Shown one piece after another: positions 1 to 11,250 of a DNA stretch of 64,000 nt. Position numbers and translations under genes: made by a program. Each line of letters starts with the position of its first letter. Position 1 is the stretch's first letter. The notes below the pieces were generated by a model. The model had not been told where the DNA came from, made no database searches, and saw only the letters and a program-made list of their open reading frames with translations. This DNA comes from Negaprion brevirostris (taxonomy: Eukaryota), in NCBI GenBank assembly GCA_030324005.1, contig JARDVH010000163.1, positions 26,425,324-26,489,323 on the forward strand, given 5' to 3'.

Positions 1-74
1 TTAACGAATCCGTGCTGCATCTGCTCTATCAAACAATTCTTCTCAAGGTGCCTCGCTATTTCTTCTTTGATGAC

Positions 75-270
75 GGAACTATATCATTGTTCCTTCACTG
101 TGGCTGGATCAAAATCCTGGAACTCCCTCCCTAGCAGCACTGTGGGTGTACCTACAACTTGTGGACTGCAGTGATTCAAGAAGGCAGCTCAGCACCACCA
201 AAGGCGATTCGGGCTGGGCAATAAATACTGACCTAGCCAGCAATAGCCACATCCCATGAATACATTTTTT
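75..270 (+). mobile_element. 3' end of a CR1-like LINE (tail type also used by DeuSINEs)
   Basis: gttccttcactgtggctggatcaaaatcctggaactccctccc...gggcaataaatactgacctagccagcaatagccacatcccatgaa matches the recalled 3' terminus of fish/shark CR1-like LINEs. Confidence 0.65.
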
Positions 271-714
271 AATTGAAGTATCTTTCCTTCAGAAAAGGAA
301 GGCATGCCTACCTAAGCAGAACAATCTGGCCTAATAACCCTCAGATACAGACTGCCATGCTGAGGCTGAAAAATATTGGAATGGTGAGTTTGATCAGGTA
401 GATCGGTTCTTGTGCGCCAATCTGGTGTGAAACCAACATGCTAGATTGTGTTGTTCTTGGACATATCAATTGAAAGCTCTCAGTTTTCCAAAACACTTTT
501 TCTGAGGTTAGTATCCAGCTCTCTCCAATCTAAAGTACCACACCGGGATGTGTTTTTCATGGATAGTACTTCCCAAGCTGAACAGTCAGTTTCTGAAATC
601 AGTAAATATAAATAATCAAATTTAAGTCATGTAATTATGTATGTACAACAGAAAATAATTTTACACTTTTTCACTGTTCACCTTCTGACAAACTCCCCCA
701 TAAGACATTAGCAT

Positions 715-1790
715 GTACAATTAAAGCACATGGGATTAGGAGTTGTGTATTGAGATTAATAGAAAGCTGGTTGTCAGACTAGAAACAAAGAGTATGAATA
801 AATAGGTCTTTTCCCAAATGGCAGACAGTAACCAATGGGGGTACAGGAGGGATCAATGCTCGGACCTCAGCTATTCACAATATATATTAATGACTTAAAT
901 GGGGGAACTACATGTAATGTCTCCAAATTTGCAGATGACACAAAGTTGGATGGGAGGGTGAGCTGTGAGGAGGATGCAGAGAAGCTTCAGAGCGATTTAG
1001 ACAAGTTGAGTGAGGTGGTAAATTCATGGCAGATGCAATGTAATAAATGTGAGGTATCCACTTTGGTAGCAACAACAGGTTTATTATTATCTAAACAGCT
1101 ATAGATTGAGAGAGAGGAATGTGCAGTGAAACCTTGGTGTCCTCATACTGCAGCCACTGAAGGTATTGTAGGTTAACCTTCATCATGAGAGGATTCAAGT
1201 ACAGAAGCAGGGATGTCTTCCTGGAATTATTCCTGGCTTTGGTGTGGCTCCACCCAGAATAGTGTGTGCAATTTTGGTCTCCTTATCTGAGGAGAGATAT
1301 TCCAGCTATAGCGCAGTGAAAGTTTACCAGACTTATTCCTGGGATGGTGGGACTGACATATGAGAGGAGATTGAGTTGGTTAGGATTATTTTTGCTGGAG
1401 TTCAGAAGAATCAAAGGGGATCTCATAGAAACCATATACGATTTTAACAGGATAGGATAGATGCAGAAAGGATGTTCCTGATAGTGACGGTGTCCAGAAC
1501 CAGAAGTCATAATCTGGGGATATGGAGTAAATCATTTAGGACTAAGATGAGGAAAAGTTTCTTCACCCAGAGAGTAATGAGCCTGTGGAATTCTCTACCA
1601 TAGAAACAGTTGAAATCAAAGCATTGTAAGAAGGAGTTAGATACAGGTCTTGGGGCTAAAAGGATCAAAGGATATGGGCAGAAGGCTGGAACAGGCTATT
1701 GAGTTAGATGATCAGCCACACTCATAACGAATGATGGAGCAGGCTTGAAGGGTTGTATGGCTTATTTCTGCTCCTTTTTTTTGTTTCAGT
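715..1790 (+). mobile_element. Decayed CR1-clade LINE, RT region through 3' tail
   Basis: ORF 835-1104 reads GVQEGSMLGPQLFTIYINDL...VSKFADDTKL (RT motifs QGS-LGP and FADD); frameshifted C-terminal ORF2 and CR1 tail (gatggagcaggcttgaaggg...ctgctcct) follow. Confidence 0.92.
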
Positions 1791-2079
1791 GTTATGCATG
1801 TACTATATTAATACACTATGGCAGACATTACAAAATTGCTGCTTTTGTATATATGACTTTGTCATTTGAGATTACTATTTTATACAAGTAATTTAGTGTT
1901 ATATTAATGCTCTATATTGATATTTTTCTACCTGTAATATTTTCTAGTCAAGGCGACTTATTTTTCTCACTCATGTATCCAGTGTCATCTTTGCCAAATC
2001 AATGCAAATCTTTTGACCTCATTTCATAATTAGAGTTGATTCCTCAATATGTTGTCTGTTCACAATTCTGTACAGATCC

Positions 2080-2660
2080 AGATTGTTCGGTCATGTGTGA
2101 CATATTTGTGCTTTCTAGGTCCTCCTTCATGAATATATTCATGCAAGGGTGTTTTAGCTTGTGCCAGTTCAAACAGTGCTATTAAGCATTTTTAATGTGT
2201 TAGTATCAATACATTATTTGAAAAATTACATTCAAAGCTAAGATGAATTCATGTTATGCCAAACCATTTTGTGATACGTTTAATTAATTTTCAAATCCAC
2301 TCCTGCCATAGAACTTTGCCCTCTGAAGATGGTTAGCCTAGTATTTTTTTAATAATTAATTAATCTTTTGATAAATAACCAGATATATAGCTTTGAAAAT
2401 GACAGAAGTGTGAAATTTCTCACTAACCAAAAAAAAGTGATGTTAAGTGACACAGAGATAGCAAACATTACAATCTTCAATCAATTTGACGAGTTGCATT
2501 CCACAAGTGACTAGTTAACTGCCCCAGAAGGGTAGTTACAATGTTTGGCAAGTACTTAATCCTCTCAGTTTGTTCTTATCCTTACACCTGATATTTAATC
2601 AGGCTTTTTTCTTGTTTAAATATTAATCTGGTTGATTTCCCAATAAGGAATAATATTTTA
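2080..2660. promoter_or_regulatory. Candidate conserved non-coding element (distal Sox2 enhancer?)
   Basis: Repeat-free AT-rich island between TEs, dense in homeodomain/POU motifs (CATGAATATATTCATG 2128-2143, TAATTAATTAAT, TAATCC); conservation not verified. Confidence 0.35.
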
Positions 2661-4975
2661 ATTTTTAATTTCCATTGAGGCTTGCTAAGTACGTTAAGCT
2701 ATAGGAGGAAGACTCTATGTGAAAAATAATCCCCCTTAGGTCTTGAAAAATATATATATAACAGTATTTACGCCTTTATGTTACATATTTTAATTGATAC
2801 CAAAAATAACTCTGAAGGAGACCTACTGTTGTGGACTTTTTTTCAGTCGAAGTGATTATGCCACCTCTCGACACTACTAACCAGTAGGAAAAAAACTCTC
2901 TCTAATATTGAAATGCGATTCTTCACCCACCCTAGAATGACCTCTAGGTAACCTGTCACCGCATTTCTGGCTAAGTTACGAAAATCAGCAGAACATTGCA
3001 AATTTGGACTGCCTGTAAACAAAATGTGGCGAGACAAATGGTATGCAGCATAAATAATCTTATTACCCAAAAAAGAACTGCTGGCAGAACCCAACCTGGA
3101 TTTTAAAAACCCATTGAAATATCTCCATCACTGGAAAATGCAGAAAAAATGGCTCAGAGGCTACAGGCGGTGTCAGACAGCAATGTGCCCCAGTTAGGGG
3201 TAGGGCCTCCATGTCATCAGTCCTCAGTGGATAGTACTTGTGTAAACATGACGTTCACGTGTTCCTTACTACATCAGAGCTCTATTAAGACCAGCAACCT
3301 GTCAAGCAAAGGCAGCAACAGCCCCAAAAGTATTAGGGAATAAATTCCAGAGGGGTGTGGATGGACTATTGCAAGCATTGCCAAAAGGCACAGCCAAATT
3401 GAAATTTTAGGAATAGGCAAAACATGTGCTGTGCAATGAAGAAACCAAGGCCACTACTTGACTGTATCATGCAAGCATACCCACTTCCAGAAAGCGGGAT
3501 ATTACAACTGAATCACATGATCATGACAAAGGTTATTCCTACAGTGTAGAAACACTGGCGAATGGTCAAGCCTTGAAAATGGAGGTGGACATGAGGGCCT
3601 CTGTTTCTGTTATTGGGGAACAGACCCTACAAGCACCTCCAAAATGGCATCCAACTCCTGAGCTTAGAAGACATGAAGGCCAAACTAACAGCCTACATGG
3701 GGGAAACCTTTACAAATTAAAGGCACCACAATGACCCAGTGATTTACAGGCTCATCTCTCACTCATTGTTGTATGGAGGCAAGGACCAAGTCTTATGGAA
3801 GAGATTGGCTCCAGCAGATCAGGTTGAGAGATCTTCAGGCTAGGGGTGGGGGAAGTGTACAAAGTAATCAGTAGATACGCTGAAGTTTTTCAAGAAGTAC
3901 TGTGAAAAATAAAAGGGGCCAAAGTGAAGATCTATGTCAACCATGATCATTGCTGGAAAGACAGGATGGAGAGGCCTATTACTTATGCATCCAGGATCCT
4001 GTCAGATGCCAAGCGGAGGAATTCTCAGATAGCAAAAGTGGGACTGGCAGTCATGCTTGGTGTGAAAAAATTCCATCAATACATTTGTGACAGATGTTTC
4101 ATAACACTTACTGACCACATTCCCTTATTGGAACTTATTAAAGAAGATAAAGCAATTCCCCTTCATTGCCTCTGCCCAGATACAGCATTGAGCCTTGTTA
4201 CTTGTAGCCTAAGAATAGCCTTTTGGAGCACTGCCCTGAAACTGGATAGTCATCACTGATATGCCAAGTCACTTCTCATTGCCCACCTGCCTGACTCCCC
4301 TACAAGCATTAGAAGAGGTTGTGATGACTCTAAATATTTTGGAGACTGCTGGTACCCACAAGGCAAATTAAAGCCTGGGCACAAAAGGATCCAATTTTGT
4401 CTAAAATTAACATAAGGCATATGTTCCTATGTGGTGGATTCTGAGGACAGGCCTCATAAGAAGTGAAATCCTACCTGGCTAAAATAGATGAACTTGATAT
4501 TGCAGTCCCAAATTGTTGTTCCTCATCCAGGGTGGTGTCTGATATTAATAAAACTACATAAGGTCACCCAGAATTTTCAAAAATGAAAATGCTGGCTAGG
4601 ATCTATATCTGGAGACCCAGCCTTGACTCAGACATCACAGACTTGGTGAAATGGTGAGTCTAATGCCAAGAAATTAAAACTCCCTCCCCCAGCCTCACTA
4701 CATCCATGGGAATTACCTGGCAGGCCATGGATACGTGTGCACATGAGTCCTTTCTGCATTCCATGTTTTAATCATGATAGATTCACACTCCAAGTAGTTG
4801 GAGGTGCACCATATGGGCTCCACAACCTCTCACACTACAATTGAGAAGTTACAACAGTGTTTGTGCAAGCACAGAATACCAGACATCCTGGTTTCTGATA
4901 ACAGCACAGCCTTTACTAGCAATGACTTCCAGAACTTTGTGCTCACTAATGGTATCCAACCATTATCCAACCATG

Positions 4976-5252
4976 TGGGGAAGCACGGTGGCATACTGGT
5001 TAGCACTGCTGGGTCCCATTGCCAGATACTCAGGTTCGAGTCCTGTCTGTGCAGAGTTTGCACATTCTTCTCGTGTCTGTGTGGGTTTCCTCTGGGTGCT
5101 CTGGTTTCCACCCACAGTCCAAAAGACGTGCTGGTTAGATGCATTGGCCATTCTAAATTATCCGCCAGAGTGTGGCGACAAGGGAATTTTGACAGTAACT
5201 TCATTGCAGTGTTAATGTAAGCCTACTTGTGACACTAATAAATAAACTTAAA
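4976..5252 (+). mobile_element. tRNA-derived V-SINE nested in the Gypsy integrase
   Basis: A/B-box head (ggtggcatactggttagc; ggttcgagtcc), V-domain (gtgggtttcctctgggtgctctggtttcc), tail gtaacttcattgcagtgttaatgtaagcctacttgtgacactaataaataaa; splits the integrase motif NGIQ/HIWTAPY. Confidence 0.88.
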
Positions 5253-6041
5253 AACAACACATCTGGACTGCACCTTATCACCTGTCACCAAATGGACTGA
5301 CAGAACAGACAGTGCAAACTTTCAAAAACACCACGCAGAAAGAACCAGCGGCATCCACAAGAACAAATTGGCATGATTATTGCTTGACTAAAGAACCATG
5401 TTTATTTCAACAACAGAAATTCTCCAACAGAACTGCTCATGGGATCGAGGCATTGCACAAGACTGAGTCTACTGTTACCAAACCTAGTGGAGAGTGTGAA
5501 GATCCAATAAAAAAAGCCAGAAATAAAATCATGATTCTGTAAGGGCAGAAAGAATGTTTAAAACAGTCATCTGGTTCATGGAAGGAAATTCGGAAATGGT
5601 CCCTGTTGGGTCCCTGGAATCATTAAGGAGAAAACGGGGCTAGCATCTTACAAAGCCAAAGACCAGGGCAAAATCAGAAAGAAACACCTGGACCATCACA
5701 GGGGCAGGTAGTCCACTCCCAATCAGGACTTACTACTAGCCATGGAAATGGCTGCCTTCCGTGTCTGCCCACAACTTGAAACCAAGCCCATGTTAGCCCC
5801 TCTGGATAACAAGAACACAGACTCAGAGATGGAAGCTGGTATCTCAGCTGAAGAGGAACCCAAGGAGGAACTTGAATCAGTCACGCTCTCACACTTCCTC
5901 TGGAAGCGATGGCTCCCCATTCAGTTCACACCACCAGAAACAACCCTGCCTTCGATGGACCTCAGACCAGATGCGAAGCAGCAGAAAGGAATTTCTCGCA
6001 GCAGGGGTCCTGGGGGAGAAACCGAGCTAAAGGGGGAGAAA

Positions 6042-6302
6042 TGTTATGATGCCCATGACGGGCACCGGGTATTGTCAATAGATCTCTTTGTGAGTTTTGT
6101 GGAGTAGGAGCTCCCTTATTGAGCAAGCAGAGGCTCATCCAATGGGAAGTGAGTAGCAGGGGGCTAAAACCTGTTGCTTCAACCTGGATTGGTATTCTAT
6201 AGGTCCCACATATTGACTTTCATGCTGTAAACCATGGATGCAGCTCTTGAGTGCTCATTAAAGGGTTTTTGCTGATTGAAGACTGGTCATGGAATTATTA
6301 CA
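6042..6302 (+). repeat. 3' LTR of the Gypsy element
   Basis: Polypurine tract aaagggggagaaa (6029-6041) immediately followed by TGTTAT...ATTACA termini; ATTAAA poly(A) signal near 6258. Confidence 0.75.
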
Positions 6303-6439
6303 GATCCTAATGCATATTGTTGGCTGAAGAACACGAGTGCAAAATTCATCCACCAATTTAAACAGGCAAAGGGATCTAGATGTTACAATGAGCCCACACT
6401 ATNNNNNNNNNNNNNNNNNNNNNNNNNNNNNNNNNNNNT

Positions 6440-6965
6440 TGTATTATTGCTGTGTGCAGTCTGTGTCAAATGCTGTTGAGTCACTACGTGTCTCAGCAGG
6501 GGGCCCAGGTTTGTGTGACTCGAGCACCAATTCAAGCTGGCCTGCATTACTTAAAGTCAGCCTGCACATCCTAAAGAGGAGATACATTATAGCTGGATGC
6601 ACCAACACAAAAAGTTCAACAACCTTAACATAGTGCACAAGATCAGTGGGTATATCTATAAAAGTCAAATTCTACTAATTGCACCATTAGCAATGCTGAA
6701 TGCATCACATCTTCATTATTCAGCAGTGGACATTCTCTAACAATCACAAATCACACTGATCGTTCATAATTGATACCAAGGAACTGCCACCTGGCCAGGT
6801 AGTGATAGAAGAAATAGATGATAATGATAATGAAGATGTGTCACTCAAATTCAGCCACCATCTCAGCTACTGACACTGTATATAATTCAAAAGGTAGTTT
6901 AATGGGTGAGATACATATGTGTGAGACACTGACTATAATTAGCCAATAACAAGGGAAAGGCGGAA
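6440..6965 (+). mobile_element. PIF/Harbinger transposon relic, Myb/SANT-like gene portion
   Basis: 6594-6641 translates WMHQHKKFNNLNIVHK, resembling the W.QC.KKFNDL Myb/SANT-like motif of Harbinger ORF2. Confidence 0.55.
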
Positions 6966-6994
6966 GGATGACCCTCCGTCAATCATCCAAATTC

Positions 6995-7105
6995 AAAATG
7001 TTGGCCCTATTTTCTCTCCACAGATGCCGTCAGACCTGCTGAGATGTTCCATCATTTTCTGTTTCTGTTTCAGATTCCAGGATCTGCAGTATTTTGCTCT
7101 TATCT
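6995..7105 (+). mobile_element. Short terminal relic of a shark Penelope-like repeat
   Basis: ttctctccacagatgccgtcagacctgctgag...ttcagattccaggatctgcagtattttgc; related copies at 9889-10215 and ~43540-43600. Confidence 0.5.
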
Positions 7106-7229
7106 TGACAGCTGAAATCTCAACTTCCATTGCAGCACAAATTGAAGTCATCCATGTCTAACTCCTGTATTGGCAGCTCAGACTGAAGTTATGCAATTAA
7201 GCTTGCTACAAAGTGCAGCAAATATCCTC

Positions 7230-8080
7230 CCACCTGATTTTTACAACTGCTACCAGGGTACTGTACATTGAACAGCATAATTCTGTATGTAAGGTCACAT
7301 ACCAGAGTGACATTGAGGAAATGGAATCTCTTTAGTTGAGGATCATCTCAGAGTTGATGTGCCTGCAAAGCAATGTGTGTGCAGTCAATGGCATTCTGCA
7401 TGATGGAGAAACCTGCAAAATCACATGTAGTCATTCCACCTGCTGCAAGAGAGAATGAAATGTATTCAGCTCTCTTGCAATGCAGAGCCTCAATGACCTC
7501 CTTTATGTAATAGTGAACAAAAAACTAGGAGATATTGCATAAAAGTTCATAGTTGCACTCATCTTCCCAGACACTGATAAGATTTCCCCATTGAATGGTT
7601 CTATTATGGATGTGTTGGACTAACACAGGCTCCAAAATGAAAATGGTACTGCCCACAATGCACCGCAGCAATGAAAAGGCATGGCAGTCGCCACAAGAGA
7701 ACCTCAAAAGCAGAGGAATTAGTTTGACTAGTGCTTTGTCCAAACTTTAAATAGAACATTGAATAAGAGCAACAATGACTGCAGTGTGAAATTTTGCAGT
7801 GCACATATATATGTCCCTATTTGAGAATGTAAAGCCTTTTGATGAAACTTGAATTTTGCATGGTTTTTTGTGTAAAACACCAGATGACTATCTTTATTAT
7901 GATACTAATAATATCATTCTCACCTTGCTCTAAGATTGCAGATGTGACTGCAGCAAGTGGCAAATTTCAGTGAAGGTATCTTTACTGAAGCACAGACATT
8001 TGATACATTATTCCTTACAGGTTCAGCTGGGAGAATTACTCTTGAGGTGAATATAGCCTCCTATCAAAAACCCTTCTGCC
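7230..8080 (-). pseudogene. PIF/Harbinger (HARBI1-like) DDE transposase relic
   Basis: Minus-strand pieces: CIKCLCFSKDTFTEICHLLQSHLQS (~8007-7933), AGFSIMQNAIDCTHIALQ (~7416-7363), FHFLNVTLVCDLTYRIMLFNVQYPGSSC (~7327-7244), the canonical Harbinger motifs in correct order. Confidence 0.85.
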
Positions 8081-8277
8081 TTCCTATGTCTTATGGTCTT
8101 GTGGATGAAGTCTGTGGTTGGGGGAAATGTGATGGCGGGTTTGGGGTGGGAGGTTGGAGAAGTGGCTTCATGTTGTTGTTGAAGATTGGATGGTGTACTT
8201 TGAGAGAGATGTCATGTAGAGTGTTGGCAGATGAGATATGCTGTGTTGCTGGCATCGGTCAGTCATGTGTTAGACTT

Positions 8278-8307
8278 GAGAGAGAGAGAGTGAATGAGAG
8301 AGAGAGG
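8278..8307. repeat. (GA)n microsatellite
   Basis: Interrupted GA run visible. Confidence 0.85.
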
Positions 8308-8904
8308 GGTTAGAACACCATACCTTGGAACAACATAAGTACTTTGTATTCTATNNNNNNNNNNNNNNNNNNNNNNNNNNNNNNNNNNNNNNNNNNNNNN
8401 NNNNNNNNNNNNNNNNNNNNNNNNNNNNNNNNNNNNNNNNNNNNNNNNNNNNNNNNNNNNNNNNNNNNNNNNNNNNNNNNNNNNNNNNNNNNNNNNNNNN
8501 NNNNNNNNNNNNNNNNNNNNNNNNNNNNNNNNNNNNNNNNNNNNNNNNNNNNNNNNNNNNNNNNNNNNNNNNNNNNNNNNNNNNNNNNNNNNNNNNNNNN
8601 NNNNNNNNNNNNNNNNNNNNNNNNNNNNNNNNNNNNNNNNNNNNNNNNNNNNNNNNNNNNNNNNNNNNNNNNNNNNNNNNNNNNNNNNNNNNNNNNNNNN
8701 NNNNNNNNNNNNNNNNNNNNNNNNNNNNNNNNNNNNNNNNNNNNNNNNNNNNNNNNNNNNNNNNNNNNNNNNNNNNNNNNNNNNNNNNNNNNNNNNNNNN
8801 NNNNNNNNNNNNNNNNNNNNNNNNNNNNNNNNNNNNNNNNNNNNNNNNNNNNNNNNNNNNNNNNNNNNNNNNNNNNNNNNNNNNNAGATCAACTTAATGC
8901 AAGG

Positions 8905-9207
8905 TAAGTCCATTCAAAAGTCTGACAGCAGCAGGGAAGAAGCTGTTCTTGAGTCAGTTGGTCCATGACCTCAGACTTTTGTATCTTTTTCCTGAAGGAA
9001 GAAGGTGGAAGAGGGAATGTCTGGGTTGCATCAGGTCTTTAATTATGCTGGCTGCTTTGCCAAGACAGCGGGAAGTGTAGACAGAGTCAATGGATGGGAG
9101 GCTGGTTTGCGTGACGCATTGGGCTACATTCACGACCTTTTGTAATTCCTTGCAGTCTTGGGCATATCAGGAGCCAGACCAAGCTGTGATACAACCAGAA
9201 AGAATTG
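8905..9207 (-). mobile_element. Rex1/Babar LINE 3' ORF fragment
   Basis: Minus strand gives ILSGCITAW...LPSIDSVYTSRCLGKAASIIKD...LLPSGKRYKSL...KNSFFPAAVRLLN, the typical Rex1-Babar C-terminus. Confidence 0.8.
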
Positions 9208-9429
9208 TTATTTAACTTCACATTAGCCAATAGTATACTTAATGTTGCCTTAACTCATTATGTATCTTGGTGTGGATGAGCACAGTGTGTGCTAGTGAAC
9301 GACAATCATCTACAATATTTATATAAAGTAAAGAGCTATACATTCTATACTGGAGATAAGAGATATGCATTCTACATTATGTGACCAGCAACAACAGTCA
9401 CTTGTAGTTAATACTGTTGTCACACAATG

Positions 9430-9870
9430 CTAAAACAACACCAACAAGTGCAGGATGTTACGCCAAATGGATGGGCTGTTTTAAGGATAATGCTTACAAT
9501 TCTAATAACTGTGGCCACAGGAGAAAGAAGCTTGCGTAAGCTGAAACTGATAAAGACATATTTAAGGCCTTCCATGACAGAAGAAAAACTAAATCCTCTA
9601 GCAATTTTGGACGGAATTTTCAGCTGTTCATGGCAGTGGGATCTTCTAGCCCCATCGACAGTGCACACGCACACTGGGTTCCCCAGCAGCAAGGGGTGCA
9701 TTCAACGGGAAACCCCCTTGACAATGATGGCACCAGAAGTTCCCACTGGCCAACGGTAGGCCATCTCTGTGGTTACAAGGAAAATGTTACCTTCTGGAAA
9801 TTTAAATATGGAAAGTACTATAAAAAATTTGCAGATCTAAAGTCGAGACAAAATGTGGTTCGGACAATGT
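9430..9870 (+). pseudogene. hAT transposase C-terminal dimerisation domain relic, interrupted by a MITE at ~9612-9790
   Basis: PNGWAVLRIMLTILITVATGERSLRKLKLIKTYLRPSMTEEKLNPLAIL matches the hAT dimerisation motif; KKFADLKSR resumes after the insertion. Confidence 0.8.
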
Positions 9871-9888
9871 AAGGATTTGCATGTCTGT

Positions 9889-10215
9889 TAGAAAAACTCA
9901 GCAGGTCTGACAACATCTATCGAGAGAGAAACAGAATTAATGTTTAGAGACTTAGGTGCTATGTTTGTCCAGATTCAAAATATTAACTCTGTTTCTCTCC
10001 CCATAGATGTTGTCAGACATGGTGGGCGGGATTTTACAGCCTCGCTCATCCCGAAACTGTAAAATCCCACCTGAAGTCAACAGACCTTTCCATGGTCTGC
10101 CCCTCGCTCACTCTGATTCCCGTGGTGGGCGCGATGGGAAAATTCCTGCTGCTGAGCTTTTCTAGCCTCTTCCTGTTTTTATTTTCGATTTCCAACATCA
10201 GCAGTATTTTATTTG
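9889..10215. mobile_element. Palindromic Penelope-like relic with nested MITE (10024-10148)
   Basis: Inverted arms 9905-9943 and 9978-10018; MITE ends gggcgggatttt...aaaattcctgc. Confidence 0.6.
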
Positions 10216-10724
10216 CATGTCCATGATTGTGTTTGAGTTAGCTTCGTTTTTCCTTTTATCTTTTGTTTTAACTTATTTGTACAGGGTAATGACTTAATTT
10301 TTCTTTTTGCATCCTTCAAGCTTACTATTGTTAAAAAATTTTTTAAATTGTAAAGGCCTTAACGTTTCAATTTGGATAATGTACCTTTTGAATATCTATT
10401 GCATTTGATTCTTTTCAATTTATCTGTAATAAATTCTTTGTGTCATTGTGAAGTAAATGTGAAAATGGTCAAATATCTTCAGGCTGCTGAAAGTCAATTT
10501 ACCCGGATTGCTAACAAACCTCAAGCTGGTTCTGATCACTGCTGCTGCTGATGCCTGGTTGCAGTCCCAGTAGTGGCCACTGAGCCCAATGTTAGCGCTG
10601 CTGGGACTGAAGAACTGACAGCCCCTGATTCAATGAAAGGATGGGAATCACAACTGCAGACAGTTAATTGCTGAATGTAAAATCTGGTCAGAATCTCTTT
10701 AACTCACTAAGGCAATAAAACCAA

Positions 10725-11250
10725 TGGACAGCACAGTGGCACAGTGGGTAGCCCTGCTGCCTCACAGCGCAAGGAACCCAGGTTCGATTCCTGGCTTGGG
10801 TAACCATCTGTGTGGAGATTGTACGTTCTCCCCGTGTCTGTGTAGAGTTCCTCTGGATGCTCCGGTTTCTTCCCACACTCCAGAGATGTNNNNNNNNNNN
10901 NNNNNNNNNNNNNNNNNNNNNNNNNNNNNNNNNNNNNNNNNNNNNNNNNNNNNNNNNNNNNNNNNNNNNNNNNNNNNNNNNNNNNNNNNGGAACCCAGGT
11001 TCGATTCCTGGCTTGGGTAACCATCTGTGTGGAGTTTGTACGTTCTCCCCGTGTCTGTGTAGATTTCCTCTGGATGCTCCGGTTTCTTCCCACACTCCAG
11101 AGATGTGCAGGTTAGGTTGATTGACCATGACAAATTAACCCTAATGTGGCAGGTGGTTAGTAGGGTAAATAAGTAAAGTTGGGAGATTGCAGTCAGTGCA
11201 GACTCAATAAGTCGAATGGTCTCCTTCTGCGCTGTAGGGATTCTATTTTC
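10725..11250 (+). mobile_element. HE1-type V-SINE (appears doubled across an N gap)
   Basis: tRNA head, V-domain, tail gcagactcaataagtcgaatggtctccttctgcgctgtagggattcta. Confidence 0.88.

Larger units (their letters stand above)
2830..6302 (+). mobile_element. Decayed Ty3/Gypsy LTR retrotransposon (gag, protease, RNase H, integrase, PPT, 3' LTR; 5' LTR not seen)
   Basis: gag-like AKLRKSAEHCKFG ~2970; protease-like MEVD..ASVSVI ~3580; RNase H ERPITYASRILSDA...GLAVMLGVKKFHQY (3924-4259); integrase HRIPDILVSDNSTAFTSNDFQNF...NGIQ|HIWTAPY; many stops and frameshifts. Confidence 0.9.

Noticed and set aside
189-208. REST/RE1-like TCAGCACCAC
   Set aside because: Left half only, and inside a LINE tail.
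4976-5045. tRNA-like A and B boxes here and at 10725, 54209 and 63400
   Set aside because: These are SINE heads followed by V-domains, not tRNA genes.
10768-11106. Apparent SINE dimer, and similar duplications flanking gaps (43140-43200 vs 43301-43360; 46859-46892 vs 46993-47027; 63250-63410)
   Set aside because: Near-identical sequence on both sides of an N gap most likely reflects unmerged contig or haplotype overlaps, not biology.
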